Shown piece by piece: positions 36,498 through 54,782 of a DNA stretch of 64,000 bases. The position numbers and the translations under genes are program-made. Below the pieces are notes generated by a model. The model worked only from the letters and a program-made list of their open reading frames with translations, had not been told where the DNA came from and did no database searches. Source of the DNA: Amoebidium appalachense (lineage: Eukaryota > Protista > Ichthyosporea); contig CAVNZM010000005.1 of assembly GCA_963693365.1 (NCBI GenBank), forward strand, positions 10,251,228 through 10,315,227. The letters run 5' to 3'. The stretch's first letter is position 1, and every line of letters begins with the position of its first letter.

Positions 36498-38946
36498 GGT
36501 GGGTTGTGTCGGTGTGTGGGTGTGTGGGTGTGTGTGGTGTGTGTGTGTGAGTAGTTGTTAGATGGGTAGGTGGTTGTGTGGGTAGGTGTGTGGGTGGGTG
36601 TGGAGATGGGTGTGCGTGTGGGCGGGTGAACGTGTGCATGAGTGAGTGAGTGTGTGGGTGGTTTTGTCGATGGTTGTGTGGTTGGGTGTGCAGGTAGGTG
36701 AATGTGTGAGAGCATGGTTATGTGGGTTGGTGGTTGTGCGGGTGTTGTTGGCTGTGTGGATAGTCCTGTAGTTGTATGGTGGTGGGTGGTTGTGTGTGTG
36801 GGTCTATGGTGGAATAGGTGGTTGCGTGGGTATCTGGGTGGTGGCCGTGTGGGTGGGAGAAGGGGCAGGCCAGAAGCTGGGGCAGAAGGAAGGAGAAGGG
36901 GGAAAGAAGGGCGGGAGAGAGTGCAAAAAAAGGGAGAGAGATCCGATAGAAAAAAAGAGCGACGGAGAGAGGGCAAGAGACAGAGAGAGGGTGGGACAGA
37001 GAGAGAGAAGCAAGGAGTGGAGAGAGAGGGAGGCAGGGAGAAAGGGAGGCGGGCAAGGGAGAGGGAGAGGGAGAGAGAGAGGGATAGAGAGAGTGGAGAG
37101 AGAAAGAAAAAGAGAGAGAGATAGGAAAGAAACAGAGAGACCACGAGAGAAAACGGCAAGGGGGGAGGGAGGGGGGGGGGGGGGGGGGGAGAGGGAGAGG
37201 GATAAATAGAGAGAGATAGTGAGAGGGAAACAGATGGAAAGAAGAAAGGGGAAAGAACTATGTGGGGAGCGGGGAAGGCAAGGGGGATTATGTGCGGCTT
37301 TCTGCACGTGTTTATATGGAGAAGAAGAAGAAAGAGGGAAGACACAGGCAGTCAAAGTGGGCAACAATGGGGGAGGTGAGAAAGGGGGGGAGGTTTATTT
37401 TTATTTTTTTTTTTTTTTTTTTTGGGGGGGGGGGGGGGGGGAAGTAGGATTGGGAAGGAAGAAGGGGAGGGGGCATGACCGGTGTGTTTGCTTGTAGGGC
37501 GGGGGGACCTTGAGCAAAAGAGGAAGCGGGCTGAGACGAATCCGCTATAGAGAAAGAGCCCCAAAAAAGGAAAAAGAAGGAGGATAAACCAACGAATATT
37601 TGGACAACCATAAAGAAGGGGACAAGGCATAACACCAGCACTGACGAGGAAGGGAGGGAAGGGGGATTTCCGAAAAGGTAAAGGACAAGCAGGACATGAA
37701 GGTGAGTGGGGGAGGAATCCCAGCGAAAGTAAACAAAAAACGGGGAATGTGCAGGAACAGGAAGTAGGATGAACACGGAACAACCAATGGGCAGGGAACT
37801 GAGGGGTTGGAGCAAGTGGCAGGATTACCCCACGAAAAACAGGGAAGAGGAATAAGCAGCGAGGCAGGGGAATAGATCAGCGTGGGAATAAAAAGAATGG
37901 GAGGGACGGAAAAACAGTGTTGCAGAAAGGGTGAAAAAAGTATAGGAAAGAAGGGGAAATAGGGGCAGAGCAAGAAGAGGAAAACTATGAGGGGAAGAGA
38001 GCGTGAGGGATAGTCAGAGAGAATACCCGAATGTGAGCAGATAAACCGAAAATGGAGTAAGAAAAAGTGGGCGGGGAGGAGGGAGAGGGGGAAGACACGA
38101 AGGAAAGGGGGGGGGGGGGGGGGGGGAGGGGAGAGAGAGAGAGGGAGCGGGTGTTTAAGTGTGTGGTTCGAGGGAAGGACGCCGGGGGACGGGAGCAGTA
38201 GTGAGTGGTAGAGAAGTGCGCGGGAAGCAGAAGAGAGGGAGGGAAGGAGAAACAGAAAGAAGGAAATAAAGGGAGAGGCTTCACAGGAAGGTTAGAAGGA
38301 AAGAACAGGAGAAGGAGGCGGAGGAAAGAAAGGAGTATGGGGACAGACACCAAAAGAGAAGAGATGTTGGTCAACGAGGAAGTGTAAGGCTGTATGTCTC
38401 TGTGTGTATACATGCATGCCAGGGTACAGAGTGAGAGCAAGTGCGTACAAGTCTGTGTGTGGGCCTGCTCACAAGCATGTGTGCGTACACGCACGTGTGC
38501 GTGTTTCAAAGTGTCTGCAAGTAACAGTGCACACGGCTCTGTGTTCAGGTGTGTATACGTGACGCATTTGTTTACACGTTTGTGTGCTGCGTCTGTGCGT
38601 TTGGGCATGAGAATGTGTGTGTTTGTGTGTGCTCATGTATGCAAGCAAGTACAAAAGCTTGGGTGTGAGTGTGCGTGTGTGTGCGTGTGTGTGGGTGTAT
38701 GCCTGTGCACTGTGTGTGTGTGTGGTGTGTGTGTGTGTTTTTGTGAACGAGTACGGTATGTGTGTGTGTTGTGTGCGTGTGCTTCCGTGTGTCCGTGTTT
38801 GTGAGTGCTTATACTTGTGGGTTGCTTGTGTGCGTGTGTGTGGTTGCACGTGTGCCTGTGTGTGTTGGTATGTGTGCGTGCGTGTATGATTTGGCAGTGG
38901 ATGCGTGCTTAAGAGTGGATGCGCACAGCATATAGTGCCCAAGCGA

Positions 38947-39042
<96 letters not shown>

Positions 39043-40125
39043 ATATGCGTGTGTGTGTGTGCATGTGTGCGCATGAATGAATGTGAGTGCGCGTGTGTGA
39101 GTGTGCTTGCGTGTCTGCGTGCGTTGCTGTGTGCACACGCACACGTCGGTGTTTGGTGTGGGTGTGGGTAGGTGCGTGGGCATGTGTGGGTGGGTGTGTG
39201 CGCATGTGTTCATATATGTGTGTGAGTGGGTGCATTTGCGCTCGTGCGTGCGTGCATGCGTGCGTGCGTGCGCGCGTGCGTGCATATGCGTAAAAACAAG
39301 CGTTTTTAACTATGGGAAACCATCCTCGCCTAACCACTAGAGTCGCAGACACTTGGTTCTCATCGACGACATAACAGATAAGAAGGCTAGCCGACGTGCA
39401 AGAAAACAACAAGCAGACAAGCCTGTAGTGTACACAGTGGACACCCACCGTTGTCAAGTTGCTGCAAAATGCCGGCGGGGCTGGCTGGTAGTGTTTCACG
39501 GGTGCAACCTTGCCACACCCTCGTGTTTTACTCGACCTTGACTATTTTTCTAAAACAGCTAGGTTGAGAACAGCGGGAAAAAAGAAAAAGAAAGCGCATG
39601 CATGCTCCGAAAGTTGCCGATCCGTGAAAAAAAAAAAAAAGCGAATAGATCTAGCCGGTTACTACAATGAATGTTATTAACCGCCAATTATTGGTTATTT
39701 AATGTGAAAGCCAGTAACAGATTGCTGATTGGCCGATCTTTTATCATGCCTTTGCCGACCCAAAAAAGGCTATGCGAAGCTTTCAGCAACCAAATGTTCC
39801 GGATTTCAAATCAGGATCGGTGTTTTCCCATAATAGGCTAGATCCGTCTTCGATCGACCGATTTCCGCTGGAAAAAAGGATCGAAGGAATTCTGCAGCAA
39901 ACGGCGCCCCCTCCCCCCCCCCCCCCCCCCCACCCTTTCCCACCCCCACCACCACAACCCACACACCACCACCACCACCACCGAGACTCTCAAAGATGAA
40001 ATACACTTTCTCGGTCACACTTTGCAAGCCCAACATGATATGTGTAACAACAAATCGTGCTAGTGCGAAATTCCCTACATAGTACTGCCAAAGAAGAAAC
40101 CTTCAAACGGTTCAGATTTCCCTTA

Positions 40126-40156
<31 letters not shown>

Positions 40157-40170
40157 TCCCCGACACAAAC

Positions 40171-40218
<48 letters not shown>

Positions 40219-40276
40219 AAAAAAAAATATTAATCGATGAATATTCCTCCCCACCAACGCCGCCGCCAACACACAT

Positions 40277-40310
<34 letters not shown>

Positions 40311-40703
40311 ACTGTACATGCACACATACATGCACACCACACACATAACTCCAAGATTGCCGATGCTATATTCAGCCGTTCCCGGCCAGCCTACTATGCA
40401 CTAGCCCGTATGGGTATCGACTACGGCTTCACACCCCTCATCCTTCCCAACCCGTCGTTTATGAAATCGTTATTCCCCTCGATAGACCGAGTCTCTAGAT
40501 GGCCGTGGCAGAGAGCCAATCAAGCGTATATTATTTCATACGTAATTCCAGGGGTAATCATTGGGTCGCAGTTTGTCGCAGTTTTTTCTGTCGCATAATC
40601 ATGATGGCGTCATTGGTTCCATGCGGCGAAAATCAATCTTCCTCAATATATCCGTTTTAAGATGACTATCCTAGATCACCTTATTAATGCTGCACAGTAT
40701 GAT

Positions 40704-43891
<3,188 letters not shown>

Positions 43892-44678
43892 TGTGATCCG
43901 GTGCCTTAACTTTCTTTCGGAGCTACCGCTAGCATCTGCTTACCCATAAGTTGCCTAGCATGTACATATGTCACTGGCTGCATTTGATTGGCTGTGCTGG
44001 AAAACGCAGTAGGCCGTCGAATGTGGCTGGGCCTCCGGCAGTGTCCACGCAATAAAAAGTGTGTAAACCCCCAATCAGAATCGCTCTCGATGCTCGAGAA
44101 GAAAATTCTGTCTTTTGGCCCTCCCTTAGTGTAGACCTGTGAAGCACGTGACTTTTGTTGTGAAGCGGAGTCCTAAACTTAAATACATCAATAGTTACGT
44201 TATTGTAGAAAGTTTTAGAAAAGTTGGACCAATGTTTCAAAAGTTATAGCGTTTTATTGAGGTTTTTGAATTGCCGCTGTTTTGGTCCAGTCAGAGAGCC
44301 GCGAATCGGACCAAAAAAGGCGTTTTGACCTTTCAGATTCACGATTGGCTGTTCGAGTTTGGGGTCCTGGGGTTTGCTGCCTCGGAGCTCAGTCTGTCAG
44401 TTGAGTTGCAACTTGCAATTGACCGCTGCTGAGATAAGCTGTATTTTATCCAGTTTTTTATAATTAGGCGCCTTTCAACTTGTGACAATATTTGCCGCCA
44501 CCTGCTACCAACTGGAAAGCAAGAAGCGATTTTGTTATTATCCCCCCCCCCTCCTCCCCCCTCTTCTTACCCCCCCACCCCTCCGGCCTCTCCCCTTCTC
44601 CCCCCCCCCCCCCCCTCCCCCCCCCCCGCCGCGCCCTCCTCTCTCACCCCCTCCCGTCCATCTACTCTCCCCCCCCCC

Positions 44679-44715
<37 letters not shown>

Positions 44716-44748
44716 TCTCTCACCCCCTCCCGTCCATCTACTCTCCCC

Positions 44749-44790
<42 letters not shown>

Positions 44791-44844
44791 CCCCTCCTCT
44801 CCCCCCCCCCTCCCCCCCCCCCTCCCCCTCCCCCCCCCCCCCCC

Positions 44845-45095
44845 CACCATCCACCACCGTTCTACCTGTGGGGTCGCGCTGGCGCGACCACAACTTCCAT
44901 TTGCTTTCCTCCCTCTCTCCCCCTTCTAACCCCCTCCCTTCCCCCCCCCCCCACCTCCCCCCCACCTCCCCCCTCCCCCCCCCCCCCCTTCCCCCTGCCC
45001 ACCATCCACCACCGTTCTACCTGTGGGGTCGCGCTGGCGCGACCACAACTTCCATTTGCTTTCCTCCCTCTCTCCCCCTTCTAACCCCTCCCTTC
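44845..45095. repeat. Tandem duplication containing the GC hairpin GGTCGCGC-TG-GCGCGACC
   Basis: CCACCATCCACCACCGTTCTACCTGTGGGGTCGCGCTGG... occurs twice about 154 bp apart in poly-C context; could be an assembly artefact. Confidence 0.75.
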
Positions 45096-46200
45096 CCCCC
45101 CCCCACCTCCCCCCCACCCTCCCCCCCCCCCTTCCCCCTGCCCACCTGCCTGTTCCCCTCCGCCCCTCCTTCTATCCCTCCGTGCGCCCCAACTCCCCCT
45201 CTCCCTGATGTGCATCAGTTGCGCTCCGCTCTTCCCCTCTATTGGCTTCCAAGAGTATTGCTGTAATTCACGATGTTCCACACGCTACTTACATTGCCTC
45301 CCCTGCTGTCTCCTTCCCTGGCTCTCTCTCTTACTCTCTCTTACTCCCTTTCCTCTCCATCGCTCTCCCTTCTCCCCTCTTCTCTCTATCTCTTTCCCTC
45401 TTTCTATCTTTTCCCAATTAATTCCCTTCCCTCCGTCCCTTCCGAAGCAATCTTCCTCAACATCCCCCTTCCCGTGAAGAGAAAGCTTGCGTTCGAACCT
45501 AAAATGCCGATCACTCAAACAGTAATGGATTTTGGAGTTCGAAATTTCTCTTTCGGCTCCTGCCTAACTAAATTAAAAGCACAATGAGTTTTTTTTTTTT
45601 TTGTATCCGATCCGAAGCAATTTAAGCAACTGTTGGCATAGTCTACAGTGTTGACAACTCTATTTACTCTAAAGTTTTATCTATTCATCCTTTCTCCAGC
45701 CATCTCTACACTGTGGCATCAGAACTAGCTTGAAACTTATTTTCTCCTGTTAGCCTACCCCCTCTCTGCCCCACCCTCCTTCCCTCCCCCCGCCCCCTCC
45801 TCCCCGCGCTTCCGCCCGCTTTTCCCTCCTCCTCCCCCCCCCCCCCCCCCCCCCCCGCCTTCCCCACCCCTCTCGCGACGCTCCTCGCACACCCGCCTAC
45901 TCTCCCCCCCTCCCCCCTCCCCCCCCCCCCCCCCCCCCAAAACCCTTCCCCGTTCCCACCTTCTCAATCCCGTGAGGCTTAGACACTCATTTTCTCATAA
46001 AAGTTCCCCCCTCCCCCCTCCCCCTCCCCCCTCCCCTCCCAACACACACACTCCGCCCACCCTTTATGCGTGCTCTCCAATCTGTGTTGTGTTATCCGTC
46101 ATGTCTGTGTACTTCGTACTCTGTAACGTAAACTAACCCTTCCCCCCTCCCCCCTCCCCCCACCCCCCTCCCCCCTTCCCCTACAGGCACTTTCAATACC

Positions 46201-46315
46201 ATGTTGATATCCCGGGCCGCGCTATCACGGGTTGGCACACGCCAGCCATGTTTTTGGTTTGCCGTTACACAATGTCGAGGTAGGTTTGTTTTCTTTTCGA
46301 CGTTACATCTCTGTT

Positions 46316-46366
<51 letters not shown>

Positions 46367-46714
46367 ACATACACTTCTCTCTACACAAACATCAAAAAGA
46401 AAAAGAACGAAAAAAACAAACAAAATGTAAAAGGGACCTGCACACACAAAAAACACCTGCCCACCTACGCACCGTGGCACCCGTTCAAGCAGTCTCCCCA
46501 AAGGCTCTGATACTAGATGAGTTTATTTGATCAGAGAGGAGGGTTTAGGGATTTTTTGATTAAAGTGTATGAAGAGAATGCATGTTTAGGGGCCGGTGGG
46601 GGGGGAGGGGGAGAGGAGGGGAGGGGGATATCAGAGGTTTACAAAACAGGGAAATGGTTTTTCCCATAAACATGTGTGGGTGTGGGTGTGTGGGTGTGTG
46701 GGGGGGGATACGTT

Positions 46715-46767
<53 letters not shown>

Positions 46768-46994
46768 TGGTGGTGTGGGGGGGGGGGGAGAGGGGGGAAG
46801 GGGGGCCCCGCGGGGGGAGGGAGGGGGGGGGGGGGGTGGGGGTGAGGTGCAGATAGTGAGTGTTGGTGGCTGCTGGTGGTGTGTTTGTGTGTTTGATTGG
46901 AGAGGGAAAGGTCGAGGTGTCTGTGTGTGTGGGTCTGTGTGGGTGTTTTTCCTTTTCTTTCTTTTCTGTTTCTTTTCTTTTTCTTTTTTTCTTT

Positions 46995-47028
<34 letters not shown>

Positions 47029-47590
47029 AGGGGGGGGGGGGGGGGGGGAGGGAGGGGCATGGAAAGACATTCGGTTGGAAATAGGAAGGGTATCATGAAC
47101 GGACATTATTATCTACGAGCCATAGAGTTAGGGAATGTCGTGGCAGGTAACTCGTCACAAATTTATATATGCTAAAGGACCCTCTTTGCAATAAGTAGCT
47201 GTCATGGTAAATTTGACAACCACGATCCACATATCTTAAAGAAACCAACACGTGGTGTCAATCAGGTGATCTTGGACCAATCATCTCGAGGCGTCACCAG
47301 AGCACAGCAAACAAGAATGCATCCAGGCAAACGGCAGAGCCCTCCTTTACGCTCCAAAAAAAGGCGCTTGAAGCGTACAAGTCACACCCAATGACCTTCT
47401 ACACCTTTAACCCAAAATATCTCCAATGGACTACGCACCTGGAACCAAATAGAGGTATGACCCTCCCCCTCCCCCCCCCCCCCAAAAAAAAAAAAAAAAA
47501 AAACAAAAAACAAAGAGAGAGAAAATTTGGGGGAAAAGGAAAGAAAAAAGACAAAAAGAAAAACCGCTGCGCGCACACACACACGCACAC

Positions 47591-47671
<81 letters not shown>

Positions 47672-48017
47672 CGGCGCGCACACACGCACACACACACATG
47701 CGTGCGCGCACACACGCAGACGCACACACGGGTGCGCCCACATACACACACGCAGCAGCACATACACACACACAGGCACCCCCTTCCACACAGACACTCA
47801 TATCCACACCCATTACACACGCGGCTACACCGATGCACTCAGAAGCACTTGCTCACTATCCCAGTAACTTCTTCTAGTGTATTCGTCGACCCTCGCCTCA
47901 CCGGGAAAATACTGAAAATAATATAGAGAGAGGGAGGGAGGGAGGGAGGGAGAGGGAGAGGGAGAGGGAGAGGGAGAGGGAGAAAGGGGGGGGGGGGAGG
48001 GGGAGGGGGGGGAGGGG

Positions 48018-48105
<88 letters not shown>

Positions 48106-49199
48106 TGAAAACCTGAAAGAAGGGGTTGTTTTTTTGGCGGGATAATGCATGTTTGTTACTTTATATTTTTATTTATTTATTTATCTATTTAGCTATTTGT
48201 TTATGTATTCATTTTTTTATTTATTTACTTTTTATTGTGGGGGGGATTGGCTTCTCCCAGCATTGAGTAGCATCGATACCCCTCGCTTATTTGTTTCTCT
48301 ATCTGCAGTTCGCCCGTCCCGCTTGATTTTTACCAGTTCTTTTTTTTTGTTTAAACTTACACTAGGGGTGCAAGATTCATATAACCGCTTGTGCGCGATG
48401 GACAGGTTCTCACACCATGAGCCAATCAGAATTTGGCAGGACGTGAGTGTTTTAAATAGGGTCTTTCTCGAGCACGTGCAACAGGCCGCACTTATGACCA
48501 CAAATTTATGTACCAAACTATAATCATTCTCACTAACAGTTTTCATGTTTTCCAATTTCAGGCAACGTACCCTTCCTATCGTACGAAGGAATCGCGTTTT
48601 ACTTCCTTACGCCATGGGGAGCTGTCGTTGAAAGCTTTTTTGGTAACACCCCCCCTCTCATGGCTATAGACACACTTCACACATTGCGTTACGGGCACGC
48701 ATGCACACACCGCTCTGTTGGCGACAGCTCCCTTGGAACCCATGCGGCATGTTACCCGCCGGCGTAACATAACTCGGACTATCGGTTTGGCTTTTTCAAG
48801 CCCAAAGCAATGGGTGATACCATATTTCCGGCTGACATCCGGGGGCATAGCTTTCCGTTCGAAGACGTTAAAGGTCCGCCCTAGTAAGCGTGTTACTACC
48901 CTGCGGCGTGGGTCAAATCTCATATTTTCACCTCTGATTGCGAATTCTGCGGCCTTCGGGACTTAATTCTTTTCAGCTGGTGTAGTATGTTAGCCAGGGA
49001 AGTATCGACTTAGGTAGCGACAGGGGAGTTTCGTTAACGAGGTGAATAGGTCGAAACTCGGGTACTGTGGATGACGTGGGCCCCCCCTGAGGATGGGCTC
49101 TGCTTATTATGCATACTCTTTATGTATGGCTTGCATTCTGCATCGTGTTATCCGTTGTGTTCTTGTGTACTTCGTACTTTTTGACGCATTCAAACCCCC

Positions 49200-49243
<44 letters not shown>

Positions 49244-49515
49244 CCCTCCCCCGTCCCCCTCCCCCCCCCCCCTCCCCCCCCCCCCCCCCCCCCCCCCGCG
49301 AGGCCTCCCAAAACACACACATCCACAACAATAATAAAGATTGCCTATACCCATCCTTCCCGGTATCCAACTGCCGCGTACGCGCGCGTACACACACATA
49401 GACGCACGCACACACACACACACACCCGTTTACACACAGACAAATCTGCACCTGCATACACACCTACAGACGCACACCTACCCAAACATACCCAATTTTC
49501 CTTTCCCCTCCCCCC

Positions 49516-49562
<47 letters not shown>

Positions 49563-49660
49563 ACACACACACCAAACAGCCTGCCCACCCGCCCATTCAC
49601 AATCACATACACCCACACCCACTCACTCACCTAATTTTTATTTGCACATGCATCCGGACC

Positions 49661-49757
<97 letters not shown>

Positions 49758-49819
49758 TAACGCATGCACCCACACGCACCCACAACACACCCACACACAC
49801 CCAGACACACACATCCACA

Positions 49820-49884
<65 letters not shown>

Positions 49885-50201
49885 AAAAAGGCAACATGGG
49901 CCAAACAATTCCCGGTATGGGCAACCAAACCTTTGATGCTCTCAATGCCTCCCAGGTGTGTGCACCCCCCCCCCCCCCCACACACACACACACCCCCCCC
50001 CCCACACACACACACAGGCACACACACACACACACACACAACACCACCACCACCACCACCACCGCCGCCGCCGCCGCTCCTTATGCACGTGTGTGGATGT
50101 GTGAATGCATGTGTTTGCCTCAAAGCTTTTACGGCTATCACATGTTGTGGGTGTATGTGTGTGTGACAAAGACGCCGGTGCTGTAAGGACATTGGTCAGC
50201 A

Positions 50202-50287
<86 letters not shown>

Positions 50288-50573
50288 GTGGGGAGGAGGG
50301 GGAGAAGTGACGGGGGGGGGAGGGGGTTGTGTGAGTGTGTGGGTGTGCGTGCATGGAAGTGGGTGTGCGGGTGCATGCATGTGTGGGTATATACGTGTGG
50401 GTGTGGGTGTGTGGTTGTGGGCATGTGTGCTTGCACGTGTGTGTGCATGCATGCACACATGTGCACGACATCCCATGTGGTATATACTACAGTGTGAAGA
50501 GTGGAAAGAGAGGTGGCAATGGGGGAGGAAAGGGAGACAGAGCAGAAAAGGGCAAGAGTGAGGTTGGGGACCC

Positions 50574-50620
<47 letters not shown>

Positions 50621-51901
50621 TAAAAAGAGAGACAGGGAAGGGGGGAGGGGCAGGGGAAAGGTGATGGGGAGGTGATGGTTTAGGAGAAGGGGATTAGTTG
50701 TAGGGAGACAACGAGGGAAAGGAGAATGGAGGGAAGGATGGGGAGATGAGGGAGAGGAAGAGAAAGAGAAGGGGGGGGGGGGGGGGGGGGGGGGGAGGGG
50801 GGGGAGAGAGAGAGAGAGTGTGTGTGTGTCTGTGTGTGTGTGTGTGTTAACATTTCTCCTTTCCCACCGCTCAGAAAGTGGTTGTGAGACCACCGGGACC
50901 ACCTGGCCTCGGATTGGACGATGTGTGGAGGGAATTTGATAATTGGATGCTAAAAATAGAACACTCTCTGCACGAACACCTTCAGAGCAACGCTGCAAAC
51001 TATCCCGAGCTGGGGCAGGTGGGTGGGAAGATGTGGGTGGTGAGGTTGCATACGTTTCCTCGCCTCTTTTGTGAAGTTTGTTTGCATGACTCTTCTCTAT
51101 CGTTCTCTACTCTCTCCTTCTTTCCGCCTTCCCCCCTCCCTTCCTCCCTTCCTCTTCTCTTTCTCCCCGTTTTCCCGTCTTGCTTGATTGCTCCCTCTCC
51201 CTCTCCCTCTGCCTCTTTCTCTCCCTCTCTCACTCCATCGCCTTCTCCCTCTCCCTCTTTCTCGCCTTCTCCCTCTCCCTCTCCTTCTCCCTCTCCCGAG
51301 GGGGGAGGGGAGAGGGGGAAGGGGGAGGCCCTATGGCAGAAGACAATAAAAAGGCTGTTTTCTGGTGTCCATTTACCCATGTGTTCCCGTGCAGGGTCTC
51401 TGTTCGTAGTAGTCGTGCAAGTGCTTCTGGTGATGGTGGTGTCGGTGTTTTAACTGTCCTCCCTTCTTCCCCTCCTATTTCCATGTTTGTTTTCTCTTTT
51501 CTTCTTCTTCTTCTTCTTTTTCCTGGGTGAAAGGGGTGAGGGGGAGAGATTGAAGAGTGACTGCCACCAAATGGGTGCATGTGCATGTGCCTGTATGTGT
51601 AGGCGTGTGTGTGGTTGGGAGGGAGGGGGAGGGAGGGAGGGAGGGACGGGGGGTTAAAACATGAGGATATATCGTGTGTTGGGAAGGTGAAGCAAAGAGA
51701 TGGGGTGCAATACGCTACAAGTAGGGGGTAGGGTTTGATACACATTGTATTATGTTGTCGTGAATGGAGAGGAGCAGGGAGAAAAGCTGTGAAAAAAAAA
51801 AAAAAGACGAAGAATTAGAGCAGGAAGGGTGGGTGGGTCCACGGGAGGAGGGAAAAAAGGGGGGGGGGGGGGGGGGGGGGGGAGAGGGGGGGGGGGGGGG
51901 T

Positions 51902-51957
<56 letters not shown>

Positions 51958-51977
51958 ATGGGGGGGGTGGGGGGGAT

Positions 51978-52009
<32 letters not shown>

Positions 52010-52596
52010 GAAGAAAGGGTGGTGGTGGTGGGGGGAATAGGTGCAAGCATATTTGTCTCACGATATTTAATAACCACAGGAGCCAACCAAAATTCTGTAT
52101 CGACGAAATTTCGCAATGAAAAGACGCCCACATGCGGACGTTTCTGAGGACGGTTCAGCCGAAGATTTGCAGAATGAAAAACCCCCCACTGCACTGCAAC
52201 TTACATGTGGGGCGAAACTTTTCGTTCATCCTATTGAAGCGCCCAGGGGGGAGGACCTGAAAACTGACACCGATAAATGGGTGTGTGCCCCCCTCCCCCC
52301 CCCCCCCTCCCCCCCCAGCCCGCTCATCTTTTCTCTTATGCAATGCAACCCATGGCCCTTACTTCTGCTATGTCTTTCCAGCCCTCCCCCTCCCCCCCTC
52401 CCCCCCCCTTCCCCAGCCCTCCCCCCCCCCCCTCCCCCCCCCCCTTCCCCCTGCGCCCCCAACACACGCACACACGCAGCCAACCCCAGACCCCATTTCC
52501 CGAGACGGGCAACCCATTCCACTTTCAAGTGAAGTGTCGTCTGAGTTGGATTCAGTGTGGAAGATGAATGGGTTGAAACATGTGCATGAATAAAAG

Positions 52597-52645
<49 letters not shown>

Positions 52646-53407
52646 AAAAAGCTTCTGCAAAGATTGCATAGTTCGTGTGGGCGTTCATTTTTGCTCCTCC
52701 TCTATGTACTGCATTTTCAGCTGGCTATTTGGACTTCATACTGGTTGACCCCCCTCCCTCCCCCCTCCTCCCCCCGGGCAACAACAACAACAACAAAAAA
52801 AAAACCCCCTCCCGTCCGCGTCATAAGTTTTTTTTCTGTTTGCTTGTGTTGCTTGTTTTTTGTTTGACCAATTTCCGACCTACCCCGAGATCAATGAAAA
52901 AAATGGTGTGCTAAATTTAGTCGAATCTGAATTAGAACAATATTCTCTAGTTGGAATTCCGTGGCATGACGTCATACTCAAGTCGGTAAAAGTTCACCAA
53001 TTACGAACCGTTGTTGGGCCCGCCCAGCCCCAGCGACCGCCGATATCACCGAGCGCAATGATTGGCTCTCGCCCATTTATGGAAATTGATCTTTTTAGGC
53101 ATATACCATAAAAAGTCTGCAGTAGTCAAGAACAGCCGCTTTAGTCATTAATGCAGTAAGCCACACATGCACACAAGGGGCTGTGCTCCCACCGTTTCCC
53201 TAAATACAGACCGTCTAACCTAGTCATTAACCGTGACCAAGTTTTTGCAAATTTGATTTATGTTGGTGGTGGTGGGCCATAGGTGTGGGAGAAGCACCGT
53301 TTGGTTCGCCTTGACGTGGCGCTGTTCGAGTCGGATGGGACCCTCGTACCCATTCAGGGTCGAAGTCTGACACCTGGTGACTTGGTCTCAATGCAGATAA
53401 GGGTATA

Positions 53408-53442
<35 letters not shown>

Positions 53443-54513
53443 CACACACGCACACCCTTCCCCCCTCCCCTCCCCCTCCCCCTCCCCCTCCCCCCTCCCC
53501 CTCCCCCCCCCCTCCCCCCCCCCCCCCCCTCCCCCCCCCTCCCCCTTCACTCTCTCTTCGACGTGGGCCCCCACCGATGATGGGCTCTGCTTATGATGCA
53601 TACTATGTAAATGCGCTTTGCAGCATCTGCCATTAGGTGGTCCGTCGTGCATGTTTACTTCCTACTCTGTAATGCATTGTGTCCCTCCTCCCCCCCTCCC
53701 CCCAACACACACACACACAAACAGACCCCCTCTCCCGCTCCCACCCCCCCCAACACTTCTCTCGTCAGTCCCCACCACCCCCACCCCCACCACCACCATC
53801 ACCTCCTTCTTTGCATAGTTATTGGTCGTTTATCGTTAATGTCGTTACACAACCACACAGGCGATCTGATGGCTGGTCGGCTGACACTTTTCGTTTTGTT
53901 TCTTTGCCTCCTCTCCTGCTCTCTTACATCTCCCCTTCCCCTCCCTCCTTCATTGACCCCCCCCCCCCCCCCCCCCCCCCTCTTTTTTTTTTTGGAGCGA
54001 GGGAAAGAGGGGGGGGGGGGGGGGGGGGGGGGCTCATTTCTCTTCACGCCTCTCCCTCTCCCTCTCTCTGACCCTTTTTTCTTGATGAGGGGAGGGTGGG
54101 GGGGGGGGGGACAGGGGATGGGAGGGGAGGGGGGAGGGGGAGGAGAATAATAAAAAGAGAGAAAAGGACAAAGTGACACAGCAAGAGAGAAAAGCGGAAA
54201 TAATGGGGCAGTGGAGGTGGGGCTCCTGATGAGACTGTACTGGTCAAAGAGTTGTGTGTTTGCAGGGAAGGGGGAATAGTGTCTATATGGGAGGTACACC
54301 GCTGGTAGAGGGGGGAGAGGGAGGCAGAGGGGGGGGGGGGGGGGGGGGGATGGAGGGGGAGGGGGGGAGGGGGGGGGGGAGAGAGGGGCGTACGGTGGAA
54401 AATAAGGATGCATGTGCACACTCCCACTAATATGGATAGACACGCAGGCATCCTCTGATCTGTGGTAATGTGCATTCACCGTTACACTTAGTGGTGAGCA
54501 CATATTCATACAT

Positions 54514-54547
<34 letters not shown>

Positions 54548-54732
54548 GGGACAAACACACATGCTGGCACACAGGCTTACGCTGACACCTACATGCACAT
54601 ACACACACACACACACGTACAAATACACACATCTCTGCCCTGGCAGGATCTTGGCGGATGCGCACGTGTGTGCGCACACACGCACACACACACGTGCACA
54701 CACACACACACACACACGCATGCACACACGCA

Positions 54733-54782
<50 letters not shown>

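Noticed and set aside
44865-44892. Helitron 3' hairpin
   Set aside because: No CTRR terminus at the expected distance on either strand.
53330-53386. Another diverged core of the structured repeat (GTCGGAT...GGGTCGAA-GTCTGAC...TGACTTGG)
   Set aside because: Suggestive stem and motif match, but flanks do not align; left out of the copy count pending a covariance-model search.
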